The notes under the pieces: model-generated
Seen by the model: the letters and a program-made list of their open reading frames with translations, nothing else
Databases searched by the model: none
Told to the model about the DNA's origin: nothing
Shown here: in pieces, positions 58,747-64,000 of the stretch
Layout: each line of letters begins with the position of its first letter
Position numbering within the stretch: the stretch's first letter is position 1
From: Oligoflexia bacterium
GTDB lineage: Bacteria; Bdellovibrionota; UBA1018
Assembly (NCBI GenBank): GCA_963758495.1
Contig: CAVWVI010000004.1
Location: forward strand, 1,024,001-1,088,000
DNA: 64,000 nt
Direction of reading: 5' to 3'
Position numbers and translations under genes: made by a program

Positions 58747-58844
58747 AAGTAGTTCCTTTAGGGCTGTTGACAAGCACTGCAAGGAGTCCTGTTGCGCCGT
58801 AAAGATTTGGATTCCCGGCGCAACAGGACTCCTTACAGTGCTTA
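58747..58844. repeat. ~100-bp palindromic dispersed repeat, copy 2
   Basis: aagtagttccttta...aagcactgcaaggagtcctgttgcgccg...cggcgcaacaggactccttacagtgctta. Confidence 0.9.
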
Positions 58845-58848
58845 TGAT

Positions 58849-59205
58849 TTATTCGGGCCAAATGACTGCAGAAATCGCATCCAAGCGCATAATATCTTCC
58901 TGACTTCCCTTAACTTGCAGCTCGCCCGATAAATATTTTTGAGTTGGATTTAAATCGCCCCAAAACATGTCGCAGAAAATTTCACTCGTAGAAGAAATAA
59001 TAATATCAGCTACTTCAGCTTTTCCAATATGAGCTTCGATAATTTCACCTTCCACGACCCTCATTATAAAATCCTGTTGAGTATCATTTGCATGAAACTG
59101 TACTACCTTGGACCAATCTCGATTCATTTTTCGCAATCGCATATTTCCATTAGAAAGTTTCGTATATTCATTCAATGCTTCCATTACTTCATTTTGATCA
59201 GCCAT
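58849..59205 (-). CDS. SCP2 sterol/lipid-binding domain protein A
   Basis: VVQFH...MRVVEGEI...ADIIISSTSEIFCDMFWGDLNPTQKYLSGELQVKGS..DIMRL; ATG 59205 overlaps the aminotransferase stop. Confidence 0.85.
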   Translation of the reverse strand: MADQNEVMEALNEYTKLSNGNMRLRKMNRDWSKVVQFHANDTQQDFIMRVVEGEIIEAHIGKAEVADIIISSTSEIFCDMFWGDLNPTQKYLSGELQVKGSQEDIMRLDAISAVIWPE

Positions 59206-60466
59206 GGGTAATACCTTTCTCAATTGTACTCATGCTCATTTCCAGAGCGTTCAAAATAAACTCTACATCAAGCGGTTGAATGACTAACGTTGGCATAATT
59301 CTCATCACACTAGAATCATTTCCAGAAAAAACTGCGATCACTCCATTTTTAGAAAGCTCAAAACTCATCCTAGGTCCAAGACTCTCGTTTGAATATTGAA
59401 GCCCCATCATCAGTCCCTTTCGACGATATTCTTTTAGAATCTGAGGGAATTTCATTCTCAACTTTTGAAATCCACTTTCAAAAAGGGTCCCCATTTGAAC
59501 AGCATGTTCCCAGAGACGATGGTCTTCAATATACCGAATGACTTCTAACGCTACCGCGCAACCTAAATCTGCTCCTCCAAAAGTTGAAAAATGAATAAAT
59601 GGATTTGTAAAAATGAAATCTTGATATTCTTCCTTATAAACTGCTGCTGTAATGGGATAAATTCCTCCTCCAAGACTCTTACCGACTGTCATGATATCTG
59701 GAATCACTCCATAGTTTTCCATAGCGAACATTTTTCCTGTTCGTCCCCAGCCAGTTTGAATTTCATCGGCAATGAGCAACACATTTTTTTGATCACAAAG
59801 CTTCCGAACCCCTGGAAAATAAGCGTCGGGTGGAATAATAATGCCCCCTTCCCCAAGGATGGGTTCTAAAATAACACAAGCAGTGTGATCATCGATAGCT
59901 TGCGCCATTGCATCCAGATCACCAAACGGCACTCTTTGAAATTCTGGCATTAAGGGTCGAAATGGTTTTTGATAAGCATCTCGTCCAATACCCGAGAGAG
60001 CAAACCCTGTATGCCCATGGTAGCCTTTTTCAGCCGATATTACCTTGGTTTTCATAGTGTAGCCACGAGCAAGTTTAATTGCAAAATCATTCACCTCTCC
60101 CCCACCACACCCAAAAGTCACACAGCTTAATTGTTTTCCGGGTGAAATAGAGGCGAGTTTTTTTGCTAACTCCACTTTTAATTCTGAAAAGAATAAAAAT
60201 CCACCTACATCATAGTGCTCTAGCGCATTCTTTAATGCTTGTATCACCTGTGGATTGCGTCGCCCAACATTAAAGCTCCCTGCGCCCGTCATGCAATCCA
60301 AATATTTTTTTCCAGAAATATCCCAAACGTAAGCACCTTCACGACGATCTTCAATTAAATCAAGACCGGCCGATTTTAAAATACGAACTCGGGAGGGATT
60401 AATATGCTTTGCGAATTCTTTAAGAACACGTTCTCTATTTTCAGAAGATGAATTTTTAGTCGTCAC
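59198..60466 (-). CDS. Class III PLP-dependent aminotransferase (putrescine/acetylornithine aminotransferase-like)
   Basis: GKKYLDC, GYHGHT, VILEPILGEGG, LIADEIQTGWGRTG, PDIMTVGKSLGGG, HFSTFGG. Confidence 0.93.
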   Translation of the reverse strand: MTTKNSSSENRERVLKEFAKHINPSRVRILKSAGLDLIEDRREGAYVWDISGKKYLDCMTGAGSFNVGRRNPQVIQALKNALEHYDVGGFLFFSELKVELAKKLASISPGKQLSCVTFGCGGGEVNDFAIKLARGYTMKTKVISAEKGYHGHTGFALSGIGRDAYQKPFRPLMPEFQRVPFGDLDAMAQAIDDHTACVILEPILGEGGIIIPPDAYFPGVRKLCDQKNVLLIADEIQTGWGRTGKMFAMENYGVIPDIMTVGKSLGGGIYPITAAVYKEEYQDFIFTNPFIHFSTFGGADLGCAVALEVIRYIEDHRLWEHAVQMGTLFESGFQKLRMKFPQILKEYRRKGLMMGLQYSNESLGPRMSFELSKNGVIAVFSGNDSSVMRIMPTLVIQPLDVEFILNALEMSMSTIEKGITHG

Positions 60467-60532
60467 TCAATCATTTTATAAGAATATTTCCTCGAAGAAC
60501 AAGTTTAAAACCCTGACGCATCATTACTCACA

Positions 60533-61126
60533 TTAAGATAGCCTAAATGCCGCAACTGCTCCAAACACACCGCTTCGAATCATGGAGACTGCAATTGCAG
60601 CAAGGAGAAGCGCGGCAATTTTAGAAACAATGACAGTTCCATCTTTTCCAATAAGTCGAGTGACTTTTTCAGAATTTTTAAAAACTATCCATGCGAGAAA
60701 ATAATTTAAAAGCAATGCTGCGATTGTTACCCAATATCCGAAGCTATTAACTTGAAAAACTAGAGTTGTTATCACCGCCGGTCCCGTAATGAGAGGAACT
60801 GCAAGTGGCACAATCCCTGTAGAACCTGATGGCCGATTCATAGCTTCTGGGCCGCCCACGAGATCAGCAAGTGAAACTAAAAGCAAAACAAGCCCACCAG
60901 CAATTTTAAAATCAAAAAGAGTAATACTTAAATAATGAAAGAGTCCTTCTCCCACAAAAAGAAAAACTAGCGCTACTCCTAGCGCAACTAACATTGAAGT
61001 GTTTACCGTTGAAGCCTTCTTCGATCGACTCAAACCATGGGTCATGTTGATATACAGTGGCAAATTACCAATGATATCCAAGGCAACAAAAATCCCAATA
61101 AACGATAAACCGAAATTTTGCAGCAT
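60533..61126 (-). CDS. MarC family membrane protein
   Basis: FVALDIIGNLP, FKIAGGLVL, IVPLAVPLITGPA, LLAAIAVSMI. Confidence 0.9.
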   Translation of the reverse strand: MLQNFGLSFIGIFVALDIIGNLPLYINMTHGLSRSKKASTVNTSMLVALGVALVFLFVGEGLFHYLSITLFDFKIAGGLVLLLVSLADLVGGPEAMNRPSGSTGIVPLAVPLITGPAVITTLVFQVNSFGYWVTIAALLLNYFLAWIVFKNSEKVTRLIGKDGTVIVSKIAALLLAAIAVSMIRSGVFGAVAAFRLS

Positions 61127-61267
61127 TTACCCTATTGTACCCTGATTGTACCCTAGAAGCACACGACTTGTGCATGGCACCGTTTTTTTAAGTGACGCGA
61201 CACATTATTTTTGATAACTCTCCAAAATAATTAGTCTTCTAGTATCCACGGTTTTTTGGAGGATCTG

Positions 61268-61819
61268 ATGCAAAAAAAAATGACTACCTGGCTATCCATC
61301 AATTTATTGATTCTATCTATGTTCACTCTTGGTTGTGGAAAAAATAAAACTGAAGAGGTGGCTCAACCCAATCACATCACTGGTAACTGGAAGTTTGCAA
61401 ACCTCTCTACCCAACTCCCGAACAACTCCCTCGAACTCCTCCCCCTGCTTATTAATAATCCGACATATGAATTAACATGGATAGTTACGCCATTAGATCT
61501 AAAGACCTCAAAAGCAATTCTGCAATTCTCCCACCTTCCATCAAACGGTAGCGCTAGCTGCACCCTGAGCATTGAATACAATAATAGATATTGCTGTCCT
61601 GAAATGAGAGTCATCTATCTAGATAAAAATCCAGTACTGCGCGAAGAAGCCCCTTCGGGATGTATTCATTCACTATTTAATAAAAGCATCTCAGATTTTG
61701 CAGCACAACTCATCAAAGAAATGGGTGAAGATTTTCATTTTACCCACCATAAAGACTTCATAAAATTAGAAGGTCCCTACATTGATTCAATGACCACTAT
61801 TGAGTTAAGGCCCATTTGA
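61268..61819 (+). CDS. Hypothetical lipoprotein
   Basis: GGAGG RBS before ATG 61268; lipobox-like FTLG|C; ITGNWK lipocalin-like start. Confidence 0.6.
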   Translation: MQKKMTTWLSINLLILSMFTLGCGKNKTEEVAQPNHITGNWKFANLSTQLPNNSLELLPLLINNPTYELTWIVTPLDLKTSKAILQFSHLPSNGSASCTLSIEYNNRYCCPEMRVIYLDKNPVLREEAPSGCIHSLFNKSISDFAAQLIKEMGEDFHFTHHKDFIKLEGPYIDSMTTIELRPI

Positions 61820-62875
61820 ATGCTTCAATTTCTTACAGAAGCCAAAAATAATTTGACCAAAACCGATCTGAAAAAACAGAAACATCCTTTCACAACAAAT
61901 TTTGATGGTTTGGGTGCTTGGCTGAGTTCAATCGAAGACTCTGGGGAATTTATTGGAATTCGATTTGGTCGAATCAAATCAACACAAAATGAACCGGAAT
62001 GGTTTTTCTTACCTCATAGCCATTTTGATGGAATTGGAGGATTTGCTCATCTCCTAAGAAATCGCGGTTATCCCCATTTGCTCCAGTTACCTCAAATTAA
62101 ATTTAAAAAAAGACCTTCCTCCTGTGACCTCATTCAGCATAGCTTGCACTACTGCATATCTCAGTTCAAACGCACTGCCACCGCTCGCTTAAAAAAGGAA
62201 ACTCCAATCCATCCCCAAAAAAGTCTATCCTCTCTTCCTGCTCAATCGGTTGCGTGGAAAACTTACAATCGCGCCACTACTCAATCACTTCTTTCAAAAG
62301 CTCGCGCGAATGGAGTCACTCTAAACTCCTGGCTTCTTACCGCACTGGATCGTGGCATTCGTCATAGTTTGGACCATCCACACGGACCTGTTTCCTGGTT
62401 AATTCCAGTAAATATGCGGGGAGGGATTCAATTGCCAATGGATACTGACAACCATGCTTCACTTGTAGATATCATAATTTCTCCCTTTGAACCTGCAGCT
62501 GGAATCCACCGACAAATTCACCATAAACTGCATGACTCCAAACATTGGCTATTTTGGCATTTTATTCAAAAAACTGCAGCACTCGGCGAACGAACCCGAC
62601 AAGCTATTCTTCGAAAAGCACAGTCTCACTCCAAAAGAGAATGGCTAGGTTCATTTTCAAACTTGGGTGCTTGGAATTTACTACCTATAGACGGGGGAGC
62701 CCAAACAAATGAGGATTGGTTATTCTGCCCTCCCGTTGCTAAAAACCTTCCACTAGGAGCAGGCTGTGTCAGCTTCAACGGAAAACTTTCTCTCACCCTT
62801 CAAATCCACCCTGATTACGCTTCGAATCCGAAAACTGCGGAGTCCTTACTCAATCATTGGATGAATGAGTTATAA
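61820..62875 (+). CDS. CoA-dependent acyltransferase / condensation-fold protein
   Basis: HxxxDG motif (PHSHFDGIGG), KARANGVTLNS, LIPVNMRG, SFSNLG, SFNGKLSLTL. Confidence 0.72.
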   Translation: MLQFLTEAKNNLTKTDLKKQKHPFTTNFDGLGAWLSSIEDSGEFIGIRFGRIKSTQNEPEWFFLPHSHFDGIGGFAHLLRNRGYPHLLQLPQIKFKKRPSSCDLIQHSLHYCISQFKRTATARLKKETPIHPQKSLSSLPAQSVAWKTYNRATTQSLLSKARANGVTLNSWLLTALDRGIRHSLDHPHGPVSWLIPVNMRGGIQLPMDTDNHASLVDIIISPFEPAAGIHRQIHHKLHDSKHWLFWHFIQKTAALGERTRQAILRKAQSHSKREWLGSFSNLGAWNLLPIDGGAQTNEDWLFCPPVAKNLPLGAGCVSFNGKLSLTLQIHPDYASNPKTAESLLNHWMNEL

Positions 62876-62902
62876 AAATAAATTATAAAGAGTGAAACTT
62901 TC

Positions 62903-63994
62903 TCAATGAGCTTCCATATCTGGAGTTTGGCTTTTACGTACTTTATCTAGCACATTTTGATACTCTAAATTAAGTACCTGGAACGCTTGTTCGCGTTCTT
63001 CATCTGTTCCTCTAGGAGCTTCAGCATACTGAGTAGCGTCGTTATTGTCTTGAGAATCCCAAACTCCTTCCCAATGCCGACCGAGCATGAATATTTTACC
63101 GAGATGACCGCTCCTCGTTATATTATTGAATGTAAATTTATACTTTCCCCCATCCGTAAAAGCTGAAAAATGAACTGGTTCCGTAAAGTGGGCCAGATCC
63201 TGATCACTCAGCGCCACTCCAAAGGATAAAAAAAACTCTCTCGCTTGGTTTCTAAAAATATCTAGATCCATTTTAGAATCGAAGCTAAAACCTTCACTCG
63301 CCCAAGCATATGCGCCCACTGATGTTGCGAAGACTTCTACTGTTCCACCTTGAGGGAGGCTTTTCAGAAGCCGTCGCTGACCTTGATTAATCAATTCGCC
63401 GATCTTAATATTCTGCGACTTTGCTCTTCCATTTATGGAGAGCCAAGAGTTATCAATCCGAGGTCGGCCGTTATGAATTTTCCAGACTCTCTGAAAATCC
63501 CGCGTAATTAATTTATTATTTCTATCATAAATAGCAAGACATAGAGTTATCCTTCCATCTGCGAGTGCTAATGTGCGGATTTTAGTGATCAAACCATGCT
63601 CTTCAAAATGATAAGGCCAGTCTTGCTTTTTTAAAGATTTTCCAAAAATTTTTCGAATTTGTTTATCTACGTCCTTTGCCCATACTTTTATGTACTTCTG
63701 TGGATCCTCATTTGAATCCCCATCAAAATGAGATATTGGATTTACTTCGACCAAATTTACCATAGAGTAGGCCATTGAATCAGTCAGATCATCCGTTTCA
63801 CTTTGCTCACTTGCTTTCGAATGACCCAAACGAGTTGTGCTAAAGCTTCTTTGAAGTGCGGGAGTGTCGAATCCTGTATTGTAGGGCAATAATGATGGCT
63901 TAGAGTATTGCATCAACCCTATGCGATTTGGCGCTAGCGAGAACGTTGGCACACTCAACGAGTTCTTAAAAAATGATTTTTTAAGAATTGACAA
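62903..63994 (-). CDS. Hypothetical protein with a GNAT-like segment; may extend beyond the window end
   Basis: Frame is open to base 64000; VEVFATSVGAYAWASEGFSF motif. Confidence 0.6.
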   Translation of the reverse strand: MSILKKSFFKNSLSVPTFSLAPNRIGLMQYSKPSLLPYNTGFDTPALQRSFSTTRLGHSKASEQSETDDLTDSMAYSMVNLVEVNPISHFDGDSNEDPQKYIKVWAKDVDKQIRKIFGKSLKKQDWPYHFEEHGLITKIRTLALADGRITLCLAIYDRNNKLITRDFQRVWKIHNGRPRIDNSWLSINGRAKSQNIKIGELINQGQRRLLKSLPQGGTVEVFATSVGAYAWASEGFSFDSKMDLDIFRNQAREFFLSFGVALSDQDLAHFTEPVHFSAFTDGGKYKFTFNNITRSGHLGKIFMLGRHWEGVWDSQDNNDATQYAEAPRGTDEEREQAFQVLNLEYQNVLDKVRKSQTPDMEAH

Positions 63995-64000
63995 CGTAGT

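Noticed and set aside
58726..58782. N-terminal extension of SCP2-B given in the ORF track
   Set aside because: It runs through the palindromic repeat; ATG 58725 has its own RBS.
54884..58844. Integron attC sites
   Set aside because: The copies lack consistent RYYYAAC/GTTRRRY ends, do not flank cassette-like single genes, and no integrase is present.
321..61614. Numerous other 60-170 aa ORFs nested in or antisense to well-supported genes
   Set aside because: They have no motifs or RBS and fully overlap confident CDSs.
1..64000. CRISPR array, rRNA or tRNA genes
   Set aside because: No regularly spaced repeat-spacer series, no cas genes, and no rRNA-like or cloverleaf sequence recognised in the intergenic gaps.

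Overview
The window is bacterial chromosomal DNA of roughly 40% GC (by eye). Gene content and order suggest Bdellovibrionota/Oligoflexia or a related former-deltaproteobacterial lineage (inference). (1) 1-17.3 kb is a type IVa pilus cluster: pilO (partial), pilN, pilM, a pilin-like gene, pilD, an ABC permease and ATPase, a PilG/XapA-like gene, pilC, pilT and pilB. It includes an inverted tandem pair of near-duplicate major pilins (one frameshifted), a 2 kb insert of decayed accessory genes, and two large pilin-like proteins fused to tail-fibre-like domains. (2) 17.4-27.7 kb is an accessory zone rich in toxin-antitoxin modules and remnants, with an intact-looking IS630, a lytic transglycosylase plus secreted partner, an AAA+ ATPase, ribF and an orphan ParA. 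(3) 27.8-44.8 kb holds type III glutamine synthetase, a complete MoxR-DUF58-BatA/B/D operon headed by a 1614-aa lipoprotein, and an M28 peptidase. (4) 44.9-49.3 kb holds a RES-Xre TA pair and a Sec-exported polymorphic toxin interrupted by one TAG, with its immunity gene intact. (5) 49.4-56.4 kb holds rpsF-rpsR-DUF2232-rplI-dnaB with an S6:S18-type leader, tatC and a cyclophilin. (6) 56.4-64 kb holds a tightly coupled operon of class III aminotransferase, two SCP2 lipid-carrier proteins and a split transketolase with an altered acceptor site. This is the best candidate for an undescribed system: a possible SPT-independent route to, or from, long-chain 2-amino-1,3-diols (sphingoid-like bases). 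A ~100 bp palindromic repeat with compensatory base changes occurs twice. No rRNA, tRNA or CRISPR array was seen. All family assignments come from motif recognition by eye; no database searches were run.
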